Origin: a bacterium
GTDB taxonomy: Bacteria > Patescibacteriota > CG2-30-54-11
DNA: 45,234 nucleotides
Direction of reading: 5' to 3'
NCBI GenBank assembly: GCA_029573015.1
Contig: JAKQHK010000077.1
Coordinates: 1-45,234 of the forward strand
The first letter of the stretch is position 1. Every line of letters starts with the position of its first letter. Below, piece after piece: positions 16,601 to 25,157 of the stretch. The notes under the pieces were generated by a model. That model was not told where the DNA came from. It searched no databases and saw nothing but the letters and a program-made list of their open reading frames with translations. The translations under genes and the position numbers were made by a program.

Positions 16601-18656
16601 ATCCTTCAAAGCGTGGTCGCTTCGATCTTTTCCGCTTCAGCAGAGCCGCAAACAAACCTGCTGCTATAAGCAATCCACCCCCGCCAATACCGGCAATGAT
16701 TACGAACGTATCATTTTTTTTGCCTCTGGCAGGATCTAGAGGTGATATATCGCGTCCATCAATTACGCCATCACCATCAGTATCCGACTGTAACGGGTCA
16801 AATCCCTCCCGGATCTCGGTGCCGTCATCGATACCGTCTGCATCTGTATCCTTGTTCGTAACATCTGTACCCAACCGGTATTCTTCTCCATTGACCAATC
16901 CATCAGCATCGGCATCCCAGGTCGCATCTTCGGCATCGGCAGGGTTCAGTCCATGCGTTTTTTCAAAATTATCAGGCATGCCGTCCTCATCGCTGTCACT
17001 GTGTTCCTGAGGATCTAGTGGAAATTCATCCTTGGCATCATCATAGCCATCAGCATCCGTATCGCTTTTCGTCGGATCCGTACCCCGCAGATATTCATCT
17101 TTGTTCGTTAATGTGTCTCCATCCAGATCCGCCTCTCCGTCAGCGGGATCGAGGGGATCATATCCGTAACGAATTTCAAACGCGTCGCCTGCGCCATCCC
17201 CGTCCGTATCGGGAGTGCGGGGATCAGTCTTGTAATCAAATTCCTGCTTATTGGTCAAACCGTCCCCGTCGTTGTCAGCATCGGCATCCGGAGCTGTACT
17301 ATCGAGACCATGCTCCTGTTCCCAGGAATCAGGCAGCAAGTCGCGATCATTGTCGAACTGATAGGCTGGATTGACAGGAAAGGCATCCTCTCCGTCTTTC
17401 ACCCCATCACCGTCAGTGTCATCTGTATCTGCTTTCGTCCCCAGCTTAAACTCTTCGAGATTGGATAAACCGTCCTCGTCAGCATCCTCTTCCGCATCAT
17501 TGGCATCAAGCGGATCCAATCCCATCTGCACCTCAAACGCATCCGGCAGGGAATCACCGTCCGTATCGCTGACTTGTGGGTCAGTTTTTGCATGGTATTC
17601 CTCCAGATTGGTCAAGCCGTCAAAATCGCTGTCAATGGATGCATCACCCGGATCTGCGCCGTCCAGCTCATGTGCAGTTTCCCAACCATCCGGCAAGCCA
17701 TCGTCATCGGTATCTGCTTTCAGCGGATCGAGTCCTCGGCTGGATTCCTCCTCGTCAAACAGACCGTCACCATCATCGTCGGCATCTGCGGTATTGCCCA
17801 TGCCGTCCCCATCGGTATCGTACGATTCTTTGGCATCTAGCGGAAAAGCATCCTGACCATCCTTAACTCCGTCCCCGTCTGAATCAGCAACCGCAGGTTT
17901 GGTGCCAGCCTTGTATTCGGCTAGATTGGATAATCCATCCCCATCTGCATCCTGAGCAGCATCACTGTTTGCTGCCGGGTTGAATCCGTTCGTTACTTCC
18001 CAGCCGTCCGGCATACCGTCCGCATCGCTGTCGCTTGTATGTGGATCGGTTTTCTTTTTAAACTCATTAAGATTACTCAAGCCATCCTGGTCGGCATCAC
18101 CGTCTGCATCATTAGCCAGCGGATTCAAGGCATGATTGACCTCCCATCCGTCTCCCATCCCGTCATTGTCGCTGTCCCATTTCAAGGGATCAGTTCCCCT
18201 CGTCTGTTCATCAGTATCGCTCAGACCGTCATTATCATCATCTGTATCGGCAGTATCGCCTGTACCATCCTGATCTGTATCAAGATCAACATACATCGAC
18301 CCCGAGGTCGACAAACCGGTTCCGGCAATGGTGGCTGTGACTGCATGCGTTCCGGTCCCGCTAAATACGACTTCTATCCACGCTCCCCCGCAGTTTTGAC
18401 CGGGTATTAGGGAAAATGTATCCCGCCCGAGCTCAGTTGTACCTTCGGTAAAAACAACCGTACCATTTACATGACTGTTGTCGTTATCACAAACAGTCAC
18501 ATCCATCTTAACCGCCTGCCCTGCTATGCCGCTTCCCGGAGTGAAACGCACCCCCGTGGATTCCAGATACAGATCGGCTGCCCATGCTGGAGAACCAGCC
18601 AGCAAGCATAAAACGCCAATAAAACCAATCAGATATCGCATGCGTAGTACTTGCAT
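16590..18656 (-). CDS. Secreted, C-terminally anchored acidic repeat protein with thrombospondin type-3-like calcium-binding repeats
   Basis: Signal peptide (..LLAGSPAWA/ADL), an Ig-like N-domain, then more than 20 D-x-D-x-D-G-x-x-D loops alternating with DGWE and LSNLxE[FY]K motifs. It ends with a TM helix and a KRKRSKR tail. Confidence 0.8.
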   Translation of the reverse strand: MQVLRMRYLIGFIGVLCLLAGSPAWAADLYLESTGVRFTPGSGIAGQAVKMDVTVCDNDNSHVNGTVVFTEGTTELGRDTFSLIPGQNCGGAWIEVVFSGTGTHAVTATIAGTGLSTSGSMYVDLDTDQDGTGDTADTDDDNDGLSDTDEQTRGTDPLKWDSDNDGMGDGWEVNHALNPLANDADGDADQDGLSNLNEFKKKTDPHTSDSDADGMPDGWEVTNGFNPAANSDAAQDADGDGLSNLAEYKAGTKPAVADSDGDGVKDGQDAFPLDAKESYDTDGDGMGNTADADDDGDGLFDEEESSRGLDPLKADTDDDGLPDGWETAHELDGADPGDASIDSDFDGLTNLEEYHAKTDPQVSDTDGDSLPDAFEVQMGLDPLDANDAEEDADEDGLSNLEEFKLGTKADTDDTDGDGVKDGEDAFPVNPAYQFDNDRDLLPDSWEQEHGLDSTAPDADADNDGDGLTNKQEFDYKTDPRTPDTDGDGAGDAFEIRYGYDPLDPADGEADLDGDTLTNKDEYLRGTDPTKSDTDADGYDDAKDEFPLDPQEHSDSDEDGMPDNFEKTHGLNPADAEDATWDADADGLVNGEEYRLGTDVTNKDTDADGIDDGTEIREGFDPLQSDTDGDGVIDGRDISPLDPARGKKNDTFVIIAGIGGGGLLIAAGLFAALLKRKRSKRPRFEGFTR

Positions 18657-18746
18657 ATCCTGGTACTATCCTATATGTTTTAAGTGAAAAAAACCCTAGT
18701 CAGGATAGCATGCAGCCTGCAAAAAGTCTATTTAAGAAAGGATCAC

Positions 18747-19493
18747 ATGACCACATTAACTGTTCTCGCTTTCTCTGATCTGCATGGGAATAAAAATGCT
18801 CTCACCGCCATCAGTGATGAACTTAATCAACATACGTATGACCTGTGTCTGGTTGCGGGAGATCTGACACATTTCGGGGATGCTGATGATGCGAGAGAAA
18901 CAATAGAACAGCTGAACGCTACCGGCACTCCGCTCTGTTTCATCCACGGCAACTGTGATCCGGAGAGTACCCGTAACGTTTATGAAAAGCACCCCGGCTA
19001 CGTGCATAACCAAACCAGACAGCTACAGGAGTGTCTATGGGGTGGTTACGGCAATGTGCCGGTAACTCCGTTCGGCACCCACAATGAGGTAGACGAAACA
19101 GTTATTGAGCAAGACCTGATTGAACTGCTTTCAGCGAGACCAACGAGAGAAGCACAGCACCTCTGTCTCATCACTCACTCCCCGCCCTATGGGCTGAATG
19201 ATCTTACCCCGACTGGTCAGCATGCGGGCAGCAAAGCTCTGAGAACTATCTGCGATACATATCAACCGGCCCTCATGCTTTCAGGCCATATCCACGAAGC
19301 TGCTGGTATAACGGTCTATAACTATGCGACCAAGACGATAGCCCAGCAGTTCGCATTCGACAGCAATACTAAGAATTTTCATGTCAAACAGGAGCCGCAC
19401 CATGGTATTTTCCTGAATGTCGCGGCTGCCCGCAATGGGCATTTTGTCTCGTTGCAGCTAGATGAAACCCATGTTCTGGTACATCGATGGTAA
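18747..19493 (+). CDS. Calcineurin-like metallophosphoesterase
   Basis: Motifs in order: FSDLHGN, GDLTHFG, GNCD, THSPP, GHIH. ATG 18747 is preceded by AAAGGA. The longest ORF starts at GTG 18684. Confidence 0.8.
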   Translation: MTTLTVLAFSDLHGNKNALTAISDELNQHTYDLCLVAGDLTHFGDADDARETIEQLNATGTPLCFIHGNCDPESTRNVYEKHPGYVHNQTRQLQECLWGGYGNVPVTPFGTHNEVDETVIEQDLIELLSARPTREAQHLCLITHSPPYGLNDLTPTGQHAGSKALRTICDTYQPALMLSGHIHEAAGITVYNYATKTIAQQFAFDSNTKNFHVKQEPHHGIFLNVAAARNGHFVSLQLDETHVLVHRW

Positions 19494-19504
19494 AAAAATA
19501 ATGA

Positions 19505-20323
19505 TTACGGCTGCTGGGCATCCAATTGCTCGGCTGCTTGCTCGATAGCTTGTAAAAATGGATTCCAGACATAGGGCGATTCTGGCGGTATACCAGGGAA
19601 AGCGAGATTGGCACGAAAAAAACGATCTGGATCGATAAAAGGATCCCCGCGTTCACCGACATCCCGTTTATGTGCCCAGGGCCAATGCGCTTTATCGTCG
19701 AAAGCCCAACCGACCTCGGCGGGTTTATCCCCTCTCATCGCACCTGGTAAATTGACTCCCAGATAAGGAAAAAAATCAGCATACCTGCCGTTACCGGATC
19801 CCCAATCGGCAAACAGCGCATCCAGCCACAAGTCCTCATATATACCCCTCATACCATACTCCCAGGGTGCTACACCCGGGATAACCGGTGCGGCATCTGC
19901 TCCCTGCAGCTTGAGCATCAATATATCACCAGCTCCATCAGGAACCTCACCGACGATTTCGATCCCGTGTCCACCTGCTTCGACCCGCAGCATTATCCGG
20001 CCATCAGCAGGTGCGGGCAGATGAACAATTTCCACATGACCTGCAGCAGGGTTTACCTGCACCGCATCATCAAATACATAAAATGTCCCTTTGCCATGCG
20101 GCGATGCGAACGCAGCTATTATTTTCCCGCCATCCGCATTTTTCTCAATAGCCAAAACAACTGTTTCCATATCATTCTCATGACAGGCATTACGATCAAT
20201 CGAGCACTTAATATCTTGACGAGCAGATTCGTAATCCCGCGGATAAAACAATGAATACGTAACATAATAGTGAGTGTCCGTCTCAACCACCTGCTGGTAT
20301 GCTTGAGGATTAATTCCGTCCAT
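19505..20323 (-). CDS. NLP (NPP1)/Vps62-like domain protein; possibly the 3' part of a frameshifted gene
   Basis: YYVTYSLFYPRD ... CHENDMETVVLAI ... IIAAFASPHGKGTFY parallels the NLP pattern Y-x-W-Y-x-P-K-D ... G-H-R-H-D-W-E-x-V-V-V-W ... S-A-H-x-x-Y. There is no signal peptide at the annotated Met. Confidence 0.55.
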   Translation of the reverse strand: MDGINPQAYQQVVETDTHYYVTYSLFYPRDYESARQDIKCSIDRNACHENDMETVVLAIEKNADGGKIIAAFASPHGKGTFYVFDDAVQVNPAAGHVEIVHLPAPADGRIMLRVEAGGHGIEIVGEVPDGAGDILMLKLQGADAAPVIPGVAPWEYGMRGIYEDLWLDALFADWGSGNGRYADFFPYLGVNLPGAMRGDKPAEVGWAFDDKAHWPWAHKRDVGERGDPFIDPDRFFRANLAFPGIPPESPYVWNPFLQAIEQAAEQLDAQQP

Positions 20324-20379
20324 TACTGGCAGGTTCTCCCAATTATCAATCGTAGCATCCGTACCATCAAAATCAACAG

Positions 20380-20859
20380 CTAACGGTCGGCTATGGGATC
20401 GCTCCCTAACTCTTGTAACACGATAGGGGCGAAATGCTGGGCAACTTCCTGATACTGTTCCCGCATGTCTGTATCAGCCCAATATCGCACGATATCAGGA
20501 AGAGACGCATCCAAAAGCTGTGCTCGCGATTGTTCAAGTTGTGATTCCCTGATCTCATCAGCCTGAGCAGCATTACAGGCCCCCAGCAGCAAAGAGATAA
20601 TTATCAGCGCATTTACCCATCTCCCCCGATCAAACCGCATACAACCGGTTAAAAGAGTACCTTTTTCCAATAAACCAGCTGCAATATCCCTGACGATCAT
20701 GAGGTAATTCCTTTTTAGTTTGCTAGTTTCATATAGTAATCTGACGCGACCGGCAATAGCCTCTGCCCATTTTTCCAAAATACTGGCTTCCTGTTTCTCA
20801 TATATATTAACATTTTCTGCCTGCAACCGATTCATAGTTGTATTTACTGTTATATACAA
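20380..20859 (-). CDS. Hypothetical lipoprotein-like fragment; start uncertain (candidate ATGs at 20700 and 20640)
   Basis: Contains an internal signal/lipobox-like segment MRFDRGRWVNALIIISLLLGAC. It ends with FAPIVLQELGSDPIADR, which reads on naturally into the -1 frame of the next ORF. Confidence 0.4.
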   Translation of the reverse strand: MYITVNTTMNRLQAENVNIYEKQEASILEKWAEAIAGRVRLLYETSKLKRNYLMIVRDIAAGLLEKGTLLTGCMRFDRGRWVNALIIISLLLGACNAAQADEIRESQLEQSRAQLLDASLPDIVRYWADTDMREQYQEVAQHFAPIVLQELGSDPIADR

Positions 20860-20895
20860 TCTTGAATAACTAAGTATACAGTAAATTCGCTTCCC

Positions 20896-20929
20896 AAAAA
20901 ACAGGTTCGAGGTATACCACTCGAACCTG
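20896..20929 (-). terminator. Rho-independent terminator after the TMEM43-like gene
   Basis: The minus-strand RNA reads CAGGUUCGAG-UGGUAUAC-CUCGAACCUG (10-bp stem) followed by UUUUUU. Confidence 0.75.
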
Positions 20930-20955
20930 CGTGCTACTAAACAGACAAACAGATG

Positions 20956-22218
20956 CTACGCTTTGGGCGTCGGCCTCACAACCGCACTCTTGCCCGCTTT
21001 CATCTGCTTCATGCCATAAACAGCAGCAACAGCCAAAGCGATCAGCACAATCGATAGCACCGGCCGGTACACAAACCAGGCGATTGCCACCGCCACGAGC
21101 GTCAATGCCAGCGCGATGACAAAAGATATGAGACCGATGCCGAACTGGGCGATATCTCCGAGAAGGGGTATGGGGTCTGCAAGCACAGAGAGCGGTTTGA
21201 AGATCATATTAACGGCAATCAGCATGAGGATGAAGCAGAACACCCGCAAACCCCAGGTTAATGCCTTATTGCCGGAGATGGCAGCGTCAAACATCTGTTC
21301 CGCATCCTGATCACCGATAGAAAGCATTTCTATGGTCTTCCCTGCTTTGGTTTTATACGGTTTGAACGAATCATCAGACTGTTTGGCAATAATGCTCACC
21401 GTTCCCGGTCTGACGATTTCATAGGTCACTCGCACGTCTCCCACTTCCGGATTTGCCGGGTCTTTCCCGACAAAGTACGCTTTCTGACCATCAAAGGATG
21501 CCTCTTTGGGTCCGGTGGTATCTGTTGTCGTCGTCCCGGCTGTATACCCGCTTTCATAGGCTGAATCATAAAAATAGGAGCTATAGTCGCTCGCATACGG
21601 AGAATCTGTCCCGCTAGTCGGTTCTTCGCTCGCCGGGCTCGTTGCCTCAGCCGGCCAGAAGTACTCGTAATTGCTGATTTTCCCGATCAGCGAAGAGGAA
21701 AGAGTAAATGCTCCGATTGTTACCTGCCCGGCAACAAAATCCTTTGACTCGTACGGAAGGGTGGTGGGATTTTTGTGATCGTCGGTCATCTGAAACTTGC
21801 TGGAATCAATCAATTCCGGATACCAGTCTTTTTTATACGTATAGGATGTTTTGGTATTCGTATTTCCATTGGCATCTTTTTCGGACGTCGTCTGCTCGAC
21901 CTCCTGCCACTGATACATCTCCACGTTGCGTTTCAGTTTCACAGCCTCGGCAGAAACAAAAAAATCGCTGTCGGTCAGCGTGCCCTCGACTTTTGTTTTC
22001 CCGCTGATGTGGACAAGCTTGCCTTCATTGTCAGAAGAAATTGCATCCGCTTCAACCGACACAACCTTGTCTGCACCTTCTTCCAGGGATTTGGCAGTCT
22101 TGACTGCCCGTCCTTCGTTCCAGAATACCGCTCCAATCGCTACGAAAACGAGCAGCACACCGGTGAAAATGCCTTTGGCCGAACTTCCCAGACGTCCGAG
22201 CCAGGATGTGACTGACAT
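20956..22218 (-). CDS. TMEM43/DUF1625-family membrane protein
   Basis: N-terminal TM helix then WNEGRAVKTAKSLEEG ... VEMYQWQE, characteristic of the TMEM43 (LUMA) family, with C-terminal TM helices. Confidence 0.75.
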   Translation of the reverse strand: MSVTSWLGRLGSSAKGIFTGVLLVFVAIGAVFWNEGRAVKTAKSLEEGADKVVSVEADAISSDNEGKLVHISGKTKVEGTLTDSDFFVSAEAVKLKRNVEMYQWQEVEQTTSEKDANGNTNTKTSYTYKKDWYPELIDSSKFQMTDDHKNPTTLPYESKDFVAGQVTIGAFTLSSSLIGKISNYEYFWPAEATSPASEEPTSGTDSPYASDYSSYFYDSAYESGYTAGTTTTDTTGPKEASFDGQKAYFVGKDPANPEVGDVRVTYEIVRPGTVSIIAKQSDDSFKPYKTKAGKTIEMLSIGDQDAEQMFDAAISGNKALTWGLRVFCFILMLIAVNMIFKPLSVLADPIPLLGDIAQFGIGLISFVIALALTLVAVAIAWFVYRPVLSIVLIALAVAAVYGMKQMKAGKSAVVRPTPKA

Positions 22219-22243
22219 GATTCTTCTCCTTGATGGTTATAAG

Positions 22244-22285
22244 AAATTAGAAATTAGTAATTAGTCATAGGTCATTGGTCATTAT
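22244..22285. repeat. Degenerate heptanucleotide tandem array (6 units)
   Basis: AAATTAG AAATTAG TAATTAG TCATAGG TCATTGG TCATTAT, followed by a T-run. It fills the purF / TMEM43-like spacer and overlaps the purF stop. Confidence 0.6.
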
Positions 22286-23808
22286 TTTTTTTGGGCTAGG
22301 AGTTTCTTCAGGCATTTCCTGCCGCCTTCTGTCGGGTACTCGCCGGTAAAACACCCGAGACAGAAATCTTCCCTTTTTAGATTCGAACTCCCGATAACTG
22401 CGTCTACCATATCCTCAACCGTATTGTATTGCAGGGTATCAGCAGCGATAGCCTTACGAATCTTTTCCACAGGCTTGTCATCAGCAGCGATCAGCTCGTC
22501 AAGCGTCGGCATGTTAATGCCATAAAAACAGGGGAATTTAATCGGCGCAGCCGCGACGCGCATATGCAATTTTTCTGCTTTGCAGACTTCCCGAACATAA
22601 TTCATAAGCTGTAACGAGGTGTTTCCGCGTACTATGCTGTCATCAAGCATAATCCATTCCTTCCCGTCCAGATAGTCAGGGGTTAGATCAAATTTATTCC
22701 TGATGATCTGCGCCCGGCTGATATAGGAGTAATCAGCCAAAAAAGATCGCGATTCATTCACTTTCACGAGCGCGTCGAAGCGGGGGAGAAAAACGCCTCC
22801 CCGATCCTTGTACGCTCCATGCTGATAGCCATCTGCCATGCCGATGGCGGTGCCGGGCACCGGACCGCATACCATGTTCTCATTAAACTCGAGCTGCTCA
22901 CGCTGTGCTAACTTGCGGCCGAGCGAGACACGTGCCCGCTGCACCGATCTGCCCGCAAACGTAGAAGCAGCATTCATGAAATAAATGTATTCAAAAATGC
23001 AATGTTTCGGCTGGCATTTCGGCACATAGCGCGATACTTTCACATGCACTCCGTCGCAATGCACGAACGTACCCGGCTCTACCTCACGAATATCGTCGAT
23101 ACCCAGGGCTCTGATGGCGCTGTCTTCGGAAGCGGCAACAAGCACATTATCGCCAAAACCATAGAAAAAAGGATGATTTCCAATCGGATCCCGGACAAGC
23201 AGCAGCTCTCCCTGTGAATTCAGAAAGACAATGTTATAGGCGCCATCGAACTTCTGCGAAAAATCATAAAAAATATTGACCCAGTCCTTGATGCTCGGCT
23301 TGCGGTCCAGATATCCGAGCTCACGGGAAAAATACACACGCATCAGCTCGGTATCGCCCTCGGTTTTCAGGTAGTAATCGTGACCATCATTGAGCAGGCT
23401 GCTGCGCAGTTCATCTACATTCGTAATGTTCCCGTTAAAGGCAAAGGCAAATTCCTTCCAGCGGCGGTTATGTGCACGCAGATAGGGATGCGCGAGAGCA
23501 TAAACCACCGCATCATCATCAGAAGAACCGCTGGTCGCATAGCGGTTATGGCCTATAGATGCCAATCCGGAAAATTCTTCTAGAAATTTGCGGTGCTTGT
23601 AACTGCCGATCTCGCCAAAAAAGGTCTTTGCCGTCCCTCTCCCCTTCTGGCAGTCAAGCATGTTGAAGCCTTCGGGATTGTACCGCGCAATCCCCGTGCT
23701 CAGATCCCCACGGTTTTGCAGACGAAGAAGCAAACTGTTAACGAGCGCTGTTGCTTTGGGACTGATTTCCCTGGAACTGAGCTGATAGGCTGCTGCAATA
23801 CCGCACAT
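22282..23808 (-). CDS. purF: Amidophosphoribosyltransferase
   Basis: N-terminal nucleophile MCGI, LQNRG block of the class II amidotransferase domain, and PRPP loop IMLDDSIVRGNTS. Confidence 0.92.
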   Translation of the reverse strand: MCGIAAAYQLSSREISPKATALVNSLLLRLQNRGDLSTGIARYNPEGFNMLDCQKGRGTAKTFFGEIGSYKHRKFLEEFSGLASIGHNRYATSGSSDDDAVVYALAHPYLRAHNRRWKEFAFAFNGNITNVDELRSSLLNDGHDYYLKTEGDTELMRVYFSRELGYLDRKPSIKDWVNIFYDFSQKFDGAYNIVFLNSQGELLLVRDPIGNHPFFYGFGDNVLVAASEDSAIRALGIDDIREVEPGTFVHCDGVHVKVSRYVPKCQPKHCIFEYIYFMNAASTFAGRSVQRARVSLGRKLAQREQLEFNENMVCGPVPGTAIGMADGYQHGAYKDRGGVFLPRFDALVKVNESRSFLADYSYISRAQIIRNKFDLTPDYLDGKEWIMLDDSIVRGNTSLQLMNYVREVCKAEKLHMRVAAAPIKFPCFYGINMPTLDELIAADDKPVEKIRKAIAADTLQYNTVEDMVDAVIGSSNLKREDFCLGCFTGEYPTEGGRKCLKKLLAQKK

Positions 23809-23845
23809 GGGGACTCCTGATAAGTCAAAATGAAAAAGGCAAAAA

Positions 23846-24523
23846 TTAAAAGATAAAAATGATGATTGCCAATAGAAATAAACCTAGTGGCATCCAGATA
23901 GATCCAATATCAACTACCATACTACCTTGCGATTTTATTTTCATTTCTTCAAACTGAACATTCTTTCTTGGTGCATAATAATTCAGAACTACATTTAAAG
24001 ATTCATTCCAATTATCCGGTTTCGATAAATATGAAAGTGGTACGGACCAGAAATATTCAGTTATCGATCTACTCATCAATTGTGAACCAGCATGCGGGAA
24101 CTGCGTTATGAACGCCTTAACAACAAAAAATCTGTCCAGCCAGAGCGCGTACAAAACACCTGTTTGCTGAAAATAATCTGATAATTTATTTTCTCTGATA
24201 CCGATTACTAGATACCAATTATTTAAACCGTCTCGCACATAATTTATTTTTTCTATATCTGACCACTTCAGTACGATTCGTTTGAATGGCATTGGAAAAT
24301 ATTCTAGACCAGTATCGTTCACAACTAAATGACCATGTTTGTAGTTCATACTAAAAGCAATGCTGAGCACAGCATTATAAATGGCAACGCTGCCTAATAA
24401 AAAAAATATCATGGTAGTATCATTTTTTTGTTCTGTGATGCTCAAACATAGAACTATTACTATAACAATCCAAATTGATCGTAATATTTTTTTAATATCA
24501 GTTTTTAATATCAGCGTATCCAT
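23846..24523 (-). CDS. AT-rich hypothetical membrane protein (possible bacterial PH-like domain)
   Basis: Two N-terminal TM helices and one C-terminal TM helix. The central segment LEYFPMPFKRIVLKWSDIEKINY is reminiscent of bPH domains. About 35% GC in a 60-nt spot count. Start is taken at ATG 24523 to avoid overlap with purN. Confidence 0.5.
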   Translation of the reverse strand: MDTLILKTDIKKILRSIWIVIVIVLCLSITEQKNDTTMIFFLLGSVAIYNAVLSIAFSMNYKHGHLVVNDTGLEYFPMPFKRIVLKWSDIEKINYVRDGLNNWYLVIGIRENKLSDYFQQTGVLYALWLDRFFVVKAFITQFPHAGSQLMSRSITEYFWSVPLSYLSKPDNWNESLNVVLNYYAPRKNVQFEEMKIKSQGSMVVDIGSIWMPLGLFLLAIIIFIF

Positions 24524-24557
24524 AATTATTACAGTTGCATTATGTGAACATTTAAGC

Positions 24558-25157
24558 TCATGATAAAGAAATCTCACCTTTGATCATGCTTTGCAAAATT
24601 TTTACAAATCCCTCCTGTTCAAGCTTTTGGACTTTAATTTTCAAGGATTCCACCGTTTCATCCTCTGCGATCTCAACTGCTTTCTGATAGACAATCGGTC
24701 CTCCGTCAACTTGTTCGGTTACCAGATGGATAGTGCAGCCGGTAACCTTGACCCCGCTGTCCAGTACATCCTGATGCACGTTCCGGTCCATCCCTCCGCC
24801 AAAAGCCGGAAGCAGGGAAGGATGCACATTGAGCATACGGTTGCGGAAGTGGGTAACAAAACCGTTTGTCACAATCCGCATATACCCGATCATCAGCACC
24901 AGATCAACCTGCGCTTCGTCAAGAAGCTGCGCTACCTTTGTATCATATTCTTCACGCGATGCAAAATCCTTTGGATCCACCCAGGCATGGGGTATCCCGT
25001 GCTTTTTGGCTTTCTGTAGAGCGCCGCAATCCTGCTTATTACTGATAACGGCTGCAATCTCGACACCGGCAAGCTCGCCGCTGGCGATAGCATCAATAAT
25101 TGCTTGCATATCGGTGGCGTTGGTGGAAGCGAGGATTCCTAGTCTTAATATGTTCAT
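24558..25157 (-). CDS. purN: Phosphoribosylglycinamide formyltransferase
   Basis: GILASTNATDMQAII, NVHPSLLPAFGG and HLVTEQVDGGPI motifs. Confidence 0.93.
   Translation of the reverse strand: MNILRLGILASTNATDMQAIIDAIASGELAGVEIAAVISNKQDCGALQKAKKHGIPHAWVDPKDFASREEYDTKVAQLLDEAQVDLVLMIGYMRIVTNGFVTHFRNRMLNVHPSLLPAFGGGMDRNVHQDVLDSGVKVTGCTIHLVTEQVDGGPIVYQKAVEIAEDETVESLKIKVQKLEQEGFVKILQSMIKGEISLS

Noticed and set aside
17371-17856. Serine-rich 161-aa plus-strand ORF
   Set aside because: It is the mirror image of the Asp-rich TSP3 repeats (GAY codons read antisense as Ser/Ile). It is an artefact of the repeat composition.
23827-23861. Apparent 7-nt periodic A-tracts (AAAATGA AAAAGGC AAAAATT AAAAGAT AAAAATG)
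   Set aside because: About half of it is the 3' coding end of an AT-rich membrane-protein gene (..IIIFIF-stop). The periodicity is weak and explainable by composition.
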